Shown: positions 19,824-29,818 of the stretch, piece by piece
How the letters are laid out: each line of letters opens with the position of its first letter
How positions within the stretch are numbered: position 1 is the first letter of the stretch
DNA from: Sumerlaeia bacterium
GTDB lineage: Bacteria > Sumerlaeota > Sumerlaeia > SLMS01 > JAHLLQ01
Length of the DNA: 64,000 nucleotides
Direction of reading: 5' to 3'
Assembly (NCBI GenBank): GCA_040219255.1
Contig: JAVJSW010000004.1
Span: 113,054 to 177,053, forward strand
Notes under the pieces: generated by a model
What the model was told of the DNA's origin: nothing
Databases searched by the model: none
The model's input: only the letters and a program-made list of their open reading frames with translations
Translations under genes and position numbers: made by a program

Positions 19824-20465
19824 ATGTCACTACGCACCCCAAGTAAGGCCTTCACCCTCATCGAGCTTCTCATCGTGGTCGCCATCATCGCGATTCTGGC
19901 CGCTATCGCCGTGCCCAACTTCCTGGAAGCCCAGGTGCGCGCCAAAGTCAGCCGCGCCAAGGCCGACATGCGGTCCCTGGCCACCGGCCTCGAATCTTAT
20001 CGGGTGGACAATAACAAGTACGTCCCCACGCCGAACTACAACCGCGTGACCGGCGCCCAGACCTTTACCCACGAGGCCCGCTGGGCTTACCTGACGACGC
20101 CCATCGCCTACATGACGTCGATCATCGACGATCCGTTCGGCGATACAGATGTGACCGAGAGCAACTGGAATACGAGCAGCAAGTTCCGCACCTTCGACTA
20201 CACGGCGTTCGACACGGAAGGCAGCTTCGAGGCGAACTTCTTCAAGCCCGACCTGGTGCAGGCTTACGGCTACTCCGAGTCGATTCTGTGGCTGATCGCT
20301 TCCCAGGGTCCGGACCTTGAGCCGGGCCTGAAAGTCAACGATCCCGCCGCCGGCACCGTCAGCGGCTTCGCCACCGGTCTGCCCTATGATCCCACGAACG
20401 GCACGGTGAGCGCGGGCGATGTGATCCGCTTCGGTCCCGGCGGGGGCACGGCGGGCGGCGCCTAA
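19824..20465 (+). CDS. PulG/GspG-like pseudopilin (prepilin-type N-terminal cleavage/methylation domain)
   Basis: The N-terminus is MSLRTPSKA|FTLIELLIVVAIIAILAAIAVPNFLEAQ. The C-terminal segment NGTVSAGDVIRFG is GspG-like. It is the first gene of the GH16 operon. Confidence 0.8.
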   Translation: MSLRTPSKAFTLIELLIVVAIIAILAAIAVPNFLEAQVRAKVSRAKADMRSLATGLESYRVDNNKYVPTPNYNRVTGAQTFTHEARWAYLTTPIAYMTSIIDDPFGDTDVTESNWNTSSKFRTFDYTAFDTEGSFEANFFKPDLVQAYGYSESILWLIASQGPDLEPGLKVNDPAAGTVSGFATGLPYDPTNGTVSAGDVIRFGPGGGTAGGA

Positions 20466-20598
20466 GGCGTCAACCCAGCCTGCCGCGCATCCACTCTCCC
20501 ATCCCATCGGCCACTCATCGCCGCGGGTGCCTTCTCCCAGCACCCGCGGCGTTTTCTATCGCAGTCCCCGTTTCCATCCCCCCATCGAGGTTTCCATC

Positions 20599-22206
20599 AT
20601 GAAGAGATTGCTGACCGCCACGGCCATCACGCTGATCGCGGCCGCCCTGCCAGCCCAGGATCAGGGAGCCTCCGCTTCCGATCCCGGCGGCCAAGGGGAC
20701 AAAGGCTGGCGCCTTGTCTGGTCCGATGACTTCGAGGGCCCGGAAATCGACCCGGCCAAATGGAACCACCAGGTCTTTCCCGGAGTCGCCAGCGGCAACA
20801 ACGAACTCCAGCACTACACCGACCGCCCGGTGAACAGCTTTGTCGAGGACGGCCGTCTGGTCATCAAGGCGATCCGCGAAGAGTATCGGGATCATGCCTA
20901 CACTTCGGCGCGGCTGAACACGGCGGGCAAGTTCGCGTTCCGCTATGGCCGCGTCGAAGCCCGCATCAAGATCCCTTCCACGCCGGGCATCTGGCCCGCG
21001 TTCTGGATGATGCCGGAGGAATCAGTCTATGGTGGCTGGCCCCACAGCGGTGAGATCGACATCATGGAATCGGTAAACGACGCCGATGAGATCTACGGCA
21101 CCATCCACTATGGCAATCCGGGTCACACCCATCAGGGCGAAGGCGTCAAGCTGGCGGAGGTGGACGGCCGGCGGCCGCTCTTTTCCGAAGACTTCCACGT
21201 CTACGCCGCCGAGTGGCAGCCGGGGGAAATCCGCTGGTATCTGGATGGCGAACTCTTTGGCGTCCAGACCGAGTGGGCGTCGCCCCACGCGCCCTTTCCC
21301 GCGCCCTTCGATCAGGAATTCCACCTGCTCCTGAACGTCGCCGTGGGTGGTAACTGGCCCGGTTCGCCAGACGACAGCAGCGTCTTCCCCCAGACCATGG
21401 AAGTCGATTGGGTGCGGGTTTACCAGAGCGGCAACGAATTCCCCACGGTCGAGGTGCTCGCTCCGGCGCAGGGCGCCATCGTTCCGGCGAACGAACCGAT
21501 GCGCATTGAAATCGAAGCCAACGACCCGGACGGCGAAATCGTCCGGGCCCAGTTGCTGCGCGGCCTGGAGGTGCTGGCCGAGGCGAGCGAGGCGCCCTTC
21601 GCGCTCCTTGCACCCGGGCTCGCGGATGGCTGCTACGACGACCTGACGGTGCTGGTAATCGACGATCAAGGCGCCCGCGCCCGCGCGAATCTGGCCATCG
21701 AGGCGGGGCGGGGTTGCCCCCAGGAGCCATGGGGCGACAGCGCCATAGCCCTCCCGGGACACTTCGAGGCCGAACATTTCGACCGGGGCCGCCCCGGCGA
21801 AGCCTATCACGACAGTGACAAGAGCAACCAGGGGCGCGCCTTTCGCGGGGACTCGCAGGTCGATGTCGGCGAAGACGACGGCGTTCGCTACCTCGGATGG
21901 ACCGAGGCCGGCGAGTGGGTCGAGTACACCGTGACCGTACCGGAGGCGGGCACTTACCGCTTCTCCGGCCGGGTGGCGTCCGCCGCGGGCGGCGGCACGA
22001 TTCAGATTTCCGCCGACGGCACCAGCCAAACCGTCCACGCCAACGCCCCCGGCACGGGTGATTGGCACACCTTTGACAAAATCGGTTTCGCCGGCCTGAT
22101 CACGCTGAGCGAGGGGCTCAACGTCCTTCGCCTGACCTGGGAAACGGGCGGGGTCAATGTCGACTCCTTGGAAGGCCTCCTCGAGGGCGATAAACGTTTA
22201 CGATAA
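20599..22206 (+). CDS. secreted GH16 endo-beta-1,3-glucanase (laminarinase-like) with Ig-like spacer and C-terminal CBM6/35-like module
   Basis: It has a signal peptide and the GH16 catalytic motif GEIDIME. The CBM6-like segment is HFEAEHFD...GWTEAGEWVEYTVTVPEAGTY. Confidence 0.9.
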   Translation: MKRLLTATAITLIAAALPAQDQGASASDPGGQGDKGWRLVWSDDFEGPEIDPAKWNHQVFPGVASGNNELQHYTDRPVNSFVEDGRLVIKAIREEYRDHAYTSARLNTAGKFAFRYGRVEARIKIPSTPGIWPAFWMMPEESVYGGWPHSGEIDIMESVNDADEIYGTIHYGNPGHTHQGEGVKLAEVDGRRPLFSEDFHVYAAEWQPGEIRWYLDGELFGVQTEWASPHAPFPAPFDQEFHLLLNVAVGGNWPGSPDDSSVFPQTMEVDWVRVYQSGNEFPTVEVLAPAQGAIVPANEPMRIEIEANDPDGEIVRAQLLRGLEVLAEASEAPFALLAPGLADGCYDDLTVLVIDDQGARARANLAIEAGRGCPQEPWGDSAIALPGHFEAEHFDRGRPGEAYHDSDKSNQGRAFRGDSQVDVGEDDGVRYLGWTEAGEWVEYTVTVPEAGTYRFSGRVASAAGGGTIQISADGTSQTVHANAPGTGDWHTFDKIGFAGLITLSEGLNVLRLTWETGGVNVDSLEGLLEGDKRLR

Positions 22207-22208
22207 CT
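22189..22208. promoter_or_regulatory. operator-like site GATAAACGTTTACGATAACT
   Basis: It overlaps the GH16 stop codon. It contains the 14-mer ACGTTTACGATAAC, which recurs identically at 59814-59827. Confidence 0.5.
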
Positions 22209-22288
22209 CAAGAGAGCGCCGGTTGCTTGAAATGAGGTGCCGACTCACGCTTGATCGGATTGCCCAAAGAATGCCTGGCGTATCTGGC

Positions 22289-22317
22289 TTGACGAGGCTC
22301 GGCTATCCCATTAAATT
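22289..22317 (+). promoter_or_regulatory. sigma70-like promoter candidate for the second GH16 gene
   Basis: TTGACG, a 17-bp spacer, then TAAATT. An operator-like site starts 2 nt downstream. The SD GAAGGAG precedes ATG 22372. Confidence 0.5.
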
Positions 22318-22318
22318 T

Positions 22319-22332
22319 AGCTAACGATAACA
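22319..22332. promoter_or_regulatory. operator-like site AGCTAACGATAACA
   Basis: It lies at the predicted +1 of the 22289-22317 promoter. Confidence 0.45.
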
Positions 22333-22371
22333 AGACTTCACCCCTCGCGAGGCCGCCCGAAGGAGTTCGGA

Positions 22372-23760
22372 ATGAGGACAGGAAACCGAAAGAAGCCCTC
22401 GCCCCGGCGGGCCGCGATGCCATTGCTCACGGCCTCCGCCCTTCTCGCTCTGGCCGCCGCCCGCGCCCTGGCTCAGGGCGACGGTTGGCAACTTGTCTGG
22501 CAGGACGAGTTCGATGGGCCCGGCATCGACGCCGCCAAGTGGACGCACGAGGTCAACGCCTGGGGCGGCGGAAACAACGAGCTTCAATTCTACACCGCCC
22601 GGCCGCAAAACTCCTTTGTGCAGGACGGCAAACTGATCCTGCGGGCCATCCGCGAAAACTATACGGCGGTCGATCCCTCGGATAACGTCCAGAAAACCCG
22701 CCTGTATACCTCGGCCCGGCTCAATTCCCGGTTCAAGGGCGACTGGCTTTACGGCCGGTTCGAAATCCGGGCCAAGCTGCCTGGGGGCCAGGGGCTCTGG
22801 CCCGCCATCTGGATGCTGCCGACGGACTATGTCTACGGCGGTTGGGCCGCCAGCGGCGAAATCGACATCATGGAACTGCGCGGCAACGAACCCGAGATCC
22901 TCAGCAACGCGATCCACTACGGCGGTCCCTGGCCCAACAACACCTACTCGGCCCATGAAACGCCCGGTCCTGACCTGACGGTGGCTTTCCACACCTACGC
23001 CCTCGAGTGGGATGTAGACGAACTGCGATGGTACCTGGACGATCAGGAGGTCTGGCGCACGTCGAGCTGGTTCAGCGATAACGGCGACTACCCGGCACCC
23101 TTCGACCAGCGCTTCCACCTGCTGCTGAACGTGGCCGTGGGCGGCGATTTCCTGCCCAATCCGCCTCCCAATCCGACCTACTTCCCCCAGGAAATGCAGG
23201 TCGAGTACGTCCGCGTCTATCAGCGCGACCGCGACGACCAAACGCCCTGGTCCGGCGAGCGCCACGTCCTGCCCACACGCATCGAGGCTGAGCACTACGA
23301 TGTCGGCGGCAACAGCATTTCCTACTTCGACACGGGGCCTGAGAACGTCGGCGGCGCTTTTCGCCTGGACGAGGGCGTCGACATCGAGGATTCCCAGGAC
23401 ACCGACGCCAGCTTCTCCGTGGGGTGGTTCGAGACGGGCGAGTGGCTCGAGTACTCCGTGACGGTTCCGGCGAGCGGCACTGTCGATCTGACCTTTCGCA
23501 ACGCCACCAACAGCTCCGGCGCCACCCTCGGCGTCGAGTTCCGCCAGGGCGGCCAGACCGTCGCCAGCCAGACCGTCGCACAAGGCAACACTGGCGGCTG
23601 GTACACTTGGACTTCCGAGACGAAGGCGTCCTTCGAACTGGACGCCGGTGACTACATTCTGCGGGTGACGTCGCAGTCCGAGCCGCTCAACTTCAACTTC
23701 GTGGATGCGGCGGTGACGCCACCGGGCGCGAGCAACCTCTGGATCATCAGAGGCAACTGA
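22372..23760 (+). CDS. secreted GH16 beta-glucanase with C-terminal CBM6/35-like module
   Basis: It has a signal peptide and the GEIDIME catalytic motif. The CBM6-like segment is RIEAEHYDVGG...GWFETGEWLEYSVTVPASGT. Confidence 0.9.
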   Translation: MRTGNRKKPSPRRAAMPLLTASALLALAAARALAQGDGWQLVWQDEFDGPGIDAAKWTHEVNAWGGGNNELQFYTARPQNSFVQDGKLILRAIRENYTAVDPSDNVQKTRLYTSARLNSRFKGDWLYGRFEIRAKLPGGQGLWPAIWMLPTDYVYGGWAASGEIDIMELRGNEPEILSNAIHYGGPWPNNTYSAHETPGPDLTVAFHTYALEWDVDELRWYLDDQEVWRTSSWFSDNGDYPAPFDQRFHLLLNVAVGGDFLPNPPPNPTYFPQEMQVEYVRVYQRDRDDQTPWSGERHVLPTRIEAEHYDVGGNSISYFDTGPENVGGAFRLDEGVDIEDSQDTDASFSVGWFETGEWLEYSVTVPASGTVDLTFRNATNSSGATLGVEFRQGGQTVASQTVAQGNTGGWYTWTSETKASFELDAGDYILRVTSQSEPLNFNFVDAAVTPPGASNLWIIRGN

Positions 23761-23804
23761 GGCCCCGGCGCCGAGCCTCGCTCTCCTCCACTTGCTCCCA
23801 AAAG

Positions 23805-23842
23805 ACGATCGCACCGGTTCGCTTGCGGACCGGTGCGATCGT
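23805..23842. terminator. bidirectional terminator hairpin between convergent operons
   Basis: ACGATCGCACCGGT, a 10-nt loop, then ACCGGTGCGATCGT, giving a perfect 14-bp stem. Confidence 0.65.
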
Positions 23843-23874
23843 GAGAGGGAGGCTGGTTGCGTTCCGGGGGCGGG

Positions 23875-24789
23875 CTATTCCTTGAGGCCGGTGAGCGAAA
23901 TGCCCTGCATGAAGGACTTCTGGCAGAGGAAGAACAGCACCGTCACCGGAAGGATCATGACCAACGTGGCAGCCATCAGGAGGTTGACCTCCACGCCGCC
24001 GAGCTGGGTCTGGAAAGCCTGAAGCCCGAGAGCCAGGGTGAACTGGGTGTCGTCGGTCAGGAAGATCAACGGCGCCATGAAATCGTTCCAGTGATACATG
24101 AACGTGAAGAGGGCGACGACGAGAAGGGCCGAGCGGGACAGCGGCAGAACGAGCTGGACGAAGATGCGGATTTCACCGCAGCCATCGATGCGGGCGGCCT
24201 CCGTCAGGGTGCGGGGGATGCTGAGGAAGAACTGGCGCAGCAGGAAGATGTTGTACGCCACACCGAACCAGGCCGGCACCCAGAGGGGCTTGAAGGTTCC
24301 GATCCAGCCCAGCTCTCGAAAAATGGCGTACTGGGGCACCATCAGCACGGGAAACGGAATCATCATGGTGGCGAGGGTCAGGGCGAAGAACGCGCCGCTG
24401 CCACGGAAGCGGAAGTGGGCGAACGCCCATGCCGCCATGGCGCAACTGAGCACCGTGCCGCAGACGTTCAGGCCGCAAACCAGCAGGGTGTTGAGCAGAT
24501 AGCGCAGAAAGTCCATTTCGACCAGCGCCTGCTTGAAATTGCCCCATTGCGCGTCGTCGGGCAGCAGCGTCGGCGGGAAGGCGGTGGCCTCCGGCAGGGT
24601 CTTCAGCGACGTCGTCACGAGAACGAGGAAGGGCAGGAGGAAGACGAAGGCCACCAGGAGAGCGGCGATCTGGACGACCGGACTGGGCCGGCTGTCCGAC
24701 GGGATCTTGTGCAGCCGCAGCATCGTCAGCCAACGGGGCCGTGGCGGCTCGGCGGCGGTGGTCATGGGAAAGGTGTATCGTGAAGCCAT
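23875..24789 (-). CDS. carbohydrate ABC transporter permease (CUT1, MalG-like)
   Basis: It is multi-TM with the EAA-type loop SIPRTLTEAARIDGCGEIRIF. An alternative start is ATG 24765. Confidence 0.9.
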   Translation of the reverse strand: MASRYTFPMTTAAEPPRPRWLTMLRLHKIPSDSRPSPVVQIAALLVAFVFLLPFLVLVTTSLKTLPEATAFPPTLLPDDAQWGNFKQALVEMDFLRYLLNTLLVCGLNVCGTVLSCAMAAWAFAHFRFRGSGAFFALTLATMMIPFPVLMVPQYAIFRELGWIGTFKPLWVPAWFGVAYNIFLLRQFFLSIPRTLTEAARIDGCGEIRIFVQLVLPLSRSALLVVALFTFMYHWNDFMAPLIFLTDDTQFTLALGLQAFQTQLGGVEVNLLMAATLVMILPVTVLFFLCQKSFMQGISLTGLKE

Positions 24790-24802
24790 AAGAGCGGTTC
24801 TT

Positions 24803-25696
24803 TCATGCGCCTCCGTAGTGGACGTGGCGCCGCGAAGCGCGGTGGCCGGCCCAGGTCAGAAGCGCGATCAGCAGGAAGAGAATCCAGGCCATGGCGCTGG
24901 CGTAGCCCATGCGCAGATAGGTGAAGGCCTGATTGAAAAGATACATCGCGTAGAACAGGGTCGAGCGGGCCGGTTCGCCATCGGCGCCCATCATGACGTA
25001 GGGCAGGGCGAAAATCTGCAGCACGGTGATGATGCCGATAATCATGTTGAAGTAAATCACCGGGGAAATCATTGGCAGGCTGATGTTGAGAATCTGCTGC
25101 CACCACGAAGCCCCGTCGACGCGGGCGGCGTCGTAGAGGGTTCTGGGGACTTCCGACAGAGAAGCCAGATAGATGATCACGGCGTTGCCTGTGCCCCAGA
25201 GGGTGGTCAGCACCAGGCCGGGCTTGGTCCAGGACGGATCGCCGAGCCAATCGGGGGATGCCAAGCCGAGGGGCTGAAGGATGCCGTTGATCAGGCCGTA
25301 CTCTGGATTCAGCAGATACTGCCACAGCATGCCCATCGCGACCAGCGGAACGAGGCTCGGCAGGAAGACGATGGTGCGCATGATGCCTTTGCCCCACATC
25401 GGGGAATTCAGCAGCAGAGCCAGCGCGATGGAAACCACCGTGCCGATCGGCAAAGCCAGGCCGGCGAAGAGGATCGTGTTCCAAAGGGACTTCCAGAAGA
25501 GCGCGTCGCGCGTCAGATCCGTGTAGTTTCCCACACCGATAAAGACGGGTTCGGTGAGCACCGAGTAGTCGCAGAGGCTGAAGTACAAGGAAAGGATCGC
25601 GGGCAAGGCCACGAACACCGTGAAGCCAATGATCCACGGGCTGAGGAAAAGCGCCGCGCTGGCCAGTTGGTGGCGGTCGGTTCGAGTCATTTTCAT
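24803..25696 (-). CDS. carbohydrate ABC transporter permease (CUT1, MalF/UgpA-like)
   Basis: It is multi-TM with the EAA-type loop EVPRTLYDAARVDGASWWQQ. Its start overlaps the stop of the upstream binding-protein gene (ATGA). Confidence 0.9.
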   Translation of the reverse strand: MKMTRTDRHQLASAALFLSPWIIGFTVFVALPAILSLYFSLCDYSVLTEPVFIGVGNYTDLTRDALFWKSLWNTILFAGLALPIGTVVSIALALLLNSPMWGKGIMRTIVFLPSLVPLVAMGMLWQYLLNPEYGLINGILQPLGLASPDWLGDPSWTKPGLVLTTLWGTGNAVIIYLASLSEVPRTLYDAARVDGASWWQQILNISLPMISPVIYFNMIIGIITVLQIFALPYVMMGADGEPARSTLFYAMYLFNQAFTYLRMGYASAMAWILFLLIALLTWAGHRASRRHVHYGGA

Positions 25697-27066
25697 GGGC
25701 GTGCGCTCCAGGCGGCGAGGCGGTCTTCACGAACTCGTTCCCAAGCCCGGTTGGCTTGATCGAGTCGCGGCTGGAGCCGTTCCTTGACCTGCCGCATCAG
25801 AGTTTCCGGATCGGAGCCGCCGGGGTTTGTCCAGAGCTGTTGGTAGGCCGCACCCAGTTCGTCCCGATACTCGGTCCAGATGGCGATCTGCGGCGCGCCA
25901 AAGGCGTTCTTCGACTCCGCCAGTTCGCGAAACAGCTCGATTTCTTTGTTCGGGTGCGAGGCGTAGAAATCCTCGCTCACTTCACGCAGGGGCGAAAACT
26001 TGAACTGATCCAGGCAAAGCCGCTCCATATTGCGCTGTTGCTGCACAAACTGGATAAAGTCCCATGCCTCGCGCGGGTGTTCGGCGCCGCGCGGAATGAC
26101 CAGCAGGTCGGTCTCCACGATGGTCACCGGTTCGCCGCCGGTTTCAAATCCGGCGGGAAAGGGTGCGGCGGCCCATTTCACATCGGGGCCAAAGGTCTCG
26201 ATGAAACTGGCCATCCAGACACCCTGGAGTTTCATCGCCATGCGGTTGCTCATGAACGAATTGGAGGACGACGCGAACTGGCCCCGGTGCGCCGATTCGA
26301 AGAGGCGCATCTTCTCGTAGTCGTAGTCCTTGGTGAAGGAGGCGAACCATTCGAGCGCGGCGATGGACTCGGGTGAGTCACAGGTCAATTCCTGGCCGTC
26401 GGCGCTGATCAGCGGATCGCCGAACCACATGCCCCACATCGGGGTCCACCAGCCCGGGTCGGTGGGCAGAAAGCCCATCTGATCGTACTTGCCGTCGTCT
26501 CCGGAGCGGGTCAGGGCCTGGGAAGCGGCGTCGAAGCGATCGAGTGTCGCCAGATCCGCGGCCGGATCGAGACCCGCCTCCTCCAGCATGTCCACGTTGT
26601 AGTGGAGAGCGATGCTTGCGGGCGTTGTCGGCAGGCCCCAGGTATGGTCGCGGTAGTGACACAGGGCGTAGATCGAAGGCACATAATCTTCGCCATCAAC
26701 CCCCGCATCTTCCATGTAGTAATCGAGCGGCTGCAACGCCCCCATATCCACGAAGCTGGGTAGCGCGTAACTCCAGAAACCGGAGACATCGGGCGGGTTG
26801 CCGCCGCTGGTCGCCAGGAGCAGTTTGCGCTCGAGCGAGCTTTGGCTGACGAAGTTCACCCAGACCTTGTCCTGCGACGCGTTGTAGTCGTCAATGCGCT
26901 GCATCGCTTCCTTTTCGAAGTTGGTCCACTTCTCCCAGTAATCGATCACGATGCGGCCGTCTTCGCGGATGTCGCTCGAGCCCGAGGAGCATCCGGTCAC
27001 AGCGACAGCCAAACCGGCCGCCGCGGCGAAGACTAGGCCTTTGGATATCTGACGCGTCGCGCTCAT
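25693..27066 (-). CDS. sugar ABC transporter substrate-binding lipoprotein (family 1 SBP)
   Basis: The lipobox is AVAVTGCSSGSS. At 457 aa it has the typical SBP_bac_1 size and composition. Its ATG overlaps the upstream stop (ATGA at 27063-27066). Confidence 0.85.
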   Translation of the reverse strand: MSATRQISKGLVFAAAAGLAVAVTGCSSGSSDIREDGRIVIDYWEKWTNFEKEAMQRIDDYNASQDKVWVNFVSQSSLERKLLLATSGGNPPDVSGFWSYALPSFVDMGALQPLDYYMEDAGVDGEDYVPSIYALCHYRDHTWGLPTTPASIALHYNVDMLEEAGLDPAADLATLDRFDAASQALTRSGDDGKYDQMGFLPTDPGWWTPMWGMWFGDPLISADGQELTCDSPESIAALEWFASFTKDYDYEKMRLFESAHRGQFASSSNSFMSNRMAMKLQGVWMASFIETFGPDVKWAAAPFPAGFETGGEPVTIVETDLLVIPRGAEHPREAWDFIQFVQQQRNMERLCLDQFKFSPLREVSEDFYASHPNKEIELFRELAESKNAFGAPQIAIWTEYRDELGAAYQQLWTNPGGSDPETLMRQVKERLQPRLDQANRAWERVREDRLAAWSARP

Positions 27067-28984
27067 CGTTCCAGCCTCACGTCGTGAATGGCTATCGTGC
27101 CTTCACCCTGACCCGGCGTAATCATCACGATGGGACCGCGCATGGCCTTGAGATCGACGACGCGCTTGCCGTCCTGATTCCCCCAGTTCGTTCGGGGTTG
27201 CAGGTTCGCCAAAGGCAGACGGTAGATCGTCGCCTCACCGGTTCCCAGTTGGGTTTCCCACAGGAACGACTCGCCGTCGTCTCCGGCGCGGCCGTAGCTC
27301 TGCGAACCCGGGGCGGCGGCGCCCGCTTCCTCGAAGATCACGTTGAATTTCAGGCCCTCGGGCGCGGTGGCTTCGACAACGAGCGTGTCGTAGCCATCGA
27401 GGTCGGCGACCATCCCCGCCCCATCGGGCGAGGGCGTCGCCACCGGGCTGGGCGCCACAAAGGTCATCCCCGCGCCCCAGTCGTGGCCGCTATCGTAGGT
27501 CAGTTGGAGACCGCCACTGACGGCCGGGCCGATCAGCAGCGACGCATCGGACGCGGCGAAGGCCTCGAAGGGAAGGGAGGGGCTGCTGAGGAACGAAAGC
27601 CGGGGCGGGCGATCCGGGTACTGGCCGGGATTCACCACGACCTGCGAGGGTTCGGGCAGTGCATCCGGTGCCCGCAGTTCGCTGACCCGATGTTCGGCGA
27701 TGGCCGCCGCGTTGCCGCGAATCATGCCGCGGATCAGCTCCGTGTAGGGCCGGTGCTCGATATCGACGATGCCGTAGTTGCTGTTCTCGCCATCGAAGCG
27801 TCCCTGCGGCGACTGGTCGGAGAATTCGAACCAGTGCATGCCGACCATCATCGGCCATGCCATGTTGTTCGGCAGGAAGTCATCATAGCGGGCGCCGCGC
27901 TCGGCCTGGGTTTGCACCACCGAGCCCGCGCCGCTTTGTTCGGATTGCCGCTCGTGTTCTGCTCGGCGCGCCAGGAAAACTCCGTGATCATCAGGGGCTT
28001 GCGGCCGCCTTCGATCCAATAGCGCGCGATCAGGCGCCAGTCCTCGCGCGAGCTGCCCCGGTAGTTGTTGAAGGACACTACATCGCAATAGCGCCCACAG
28101 ATTTCCACGACCGGTTTTGGAGCCGTGCCGGCAAAGCGCGTCCCCAGAAGAAGCGTGCCGGGGCGCTCGCGGTCCATCACGCGCCGGGCAGTGGAATAGA
28201 AAAGTTCAGCCACCATTTCCGTGAACGCGGCGCGGTCGGCCAGAGCGCCCTCCGACGTCGTCGATTTCGCCAGCGCGTCCGTCAGGTCGTCCCAGTCAAC
28301 CATCTCGATTTTCCAAGCCTCCGCGAAGGCCTTGGCGTCGCCGTCGTAGCGCGCCTTCAGCCACTTCATCGCTTCGCCCCGGTGAAGGCTGTCCGCGGGC
28401 AGGGCCAGGTACTCCTCGAGGACCGTGTGGTAATCCAGAGGCGTCCAGGGCGATACGCCGTACCATGCCATTTCGTTGTCGAGGAAAACGCCAAGGACTT
28501 GCTCGGGATGGACCAGATCGGCGAATACCTTGCGGACGTTGCGGGTCATGCGCTCTTCGAGTTGCGGGTCCAGGATCGTCGTGACGCGGTTCGGCTCGGC
28601 GCTGATAACGTAGAGGATGGGTGTTTCGTAGAGACTGCCGTCGTTGAGCTTCGGGTCGCTCCAGGCACCGATCGTGTTGAAGCCGGCATGTTTCAGGATA
28701 CGGCGCGCGTCCGCGGCCCAGGCCTCGAAGTCTCCGTCGAACTGGCGCTCGACCGCGTTGTAGTAGGTGGTGTCCGGGGGCGCCATGAAGTCGTGGACGG
28801 GGACGATGTGGTTGACGCCGAGAGAGACGAACGGCTCGCCGGGGTTCTCCGCGTCCACAAACCAGAATTTGCCGTCGGGAGTTTGCTCGAGCGCGAATCG
28901 CCCGCTGGCGAAGGAGGCGCCGGTCAGGGCTAAGCTCCAGGCGGCGGCTAGGCACAGAAGGGAAAGACTTCGATTCTGAATCAT
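27063..28984 (-). pseudogene. secreted clan GH-A (TIM-barrel) glycoside hydrolase with C-terminal beta-sandwich module, split by a 1-nt frameshift near 27,940
   Basis: Two overlapping ORFs (27848..29002 and 27063..28088) read as one protein: ...FLDNEMAW...LMITEFSWRAEQNTSGNP / SGAGSVVQTQAERGARYDDFLPNNMAWPMMVGMHWFEF... Restoring one G in CCGAA (to CCGGAA) would fuse the frames. Confidence 0.6.
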
Positions 28985-29119
28985 GGTCCTGTCGGGTTCC
29001 AAGTCAAAGATGGGGCCCCGTGACGGAGCAGATAGTGAAGCCGATGGCAGGCGGACGCCCTCGGCGCAGGCGGTGAGAGAAGAGGCCGAGGCCCTGCATA
29101 GGATCGAGTCGAGTTGGGC

Positions 29120-29818
29120 TTAGCGGGAAACCAGGGCGTCGCCACCGCCATAGGAACTGCGAATGATGTCACCGACGGAGATCGTGCCGTTCGTGGCGTC
29201 GTACACCGGCCACTCGCCCATCGGAGCACCAAAGCCACCGGTGGGAAGGCCATCTTCGGTGTTACGGCGGTTGATGTTCTGCCACTTATCGGGGCCGGGC
29301 GAATAGAGGAGCCAGACGTCGGGGTTCGAGCCGGCGGGAGCGGCGTTGGGCGAGCCGACGCCGGGAGCGACCATTTCGAGAAGAGTCTTCTCTGTCGGGC
29401 TGAGGGGGGATTCGATGGCGCGGCGGTAATCGTACAGGTTGCGCGGATCGGTGGGGGCTCCGGCCCATTCCTTGTCACCCTGGAACGCATCGACGGGGAA
29501 GGATGTGAGGTAAGAGATCGGCGTCGTCAATTGCACGTAGATGGTTCGCGAGAACGTGGCCGGGCTGTAGGCGGGGGCGTGGGGCGCATCGACGGCGGCG
29601 AGCGGGAATTTATTGGTGTCGACGCGATAGGATTCGATGCCGGTGGCAACGGTGCGCATGTCCGCCAGAGCGCGGCTGACTTTGCTGCGGGTCTGCGCTT
29701 CCAGAAAGTTGGGCACCGCGATGGCCGCGAGAATGGCGATGATCGCGACGACGATCAGCAGTTCGATGAGTGTGAAACCCGGGGTGCGATTTCGGCGGAG
29801 GTGAGCGAAAATGGTCAT
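29120..29818 (-). CDS. PulG/GspG-like pseudopilin (prepilin-type N-terminal cleavage/methylation domain)
   Basis: The N-terminus is MTIFAHLRRNRTPG|FTLIELLIVVAIIAILAAIAVPNFLEAQ. The C-terminal segment is NGTISVGDIIRSS. It is the first gene of the GH-A/ABC importer operon. Confidence 0.8.
   Translation of the reverse strand: MTIFAHLRRNRTPGFTLIELLIVVAIIAILAAIAVPNFLEAQTRSKVSRALADMRTVATGIESYRVDTNKFPLAAVDAPHAPAYSPATFSRTIYVQLTTPISYLTSFPVDAFQGDKEWAGAPTDPRNLYDYRRAIESPLSPTEKTLLEMVAPGVGSPNAAPAGSNPDVWLLYSPGPDKWQNINRRNTEDGLPTGGFGAPMGEWPVYDATNGTISVGDIIRSSYGGGDALVSR

Noticed and set aside
27925-27946. Programmed ribosomal frameshift in the GH-A hydrolase.
   Set aside because: There is no canonical slippery heptamer or downstream pseudoknot-like structure at the junction (sequence CCGAACAAAGCGG). 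A simple 1-nt indel explains it.
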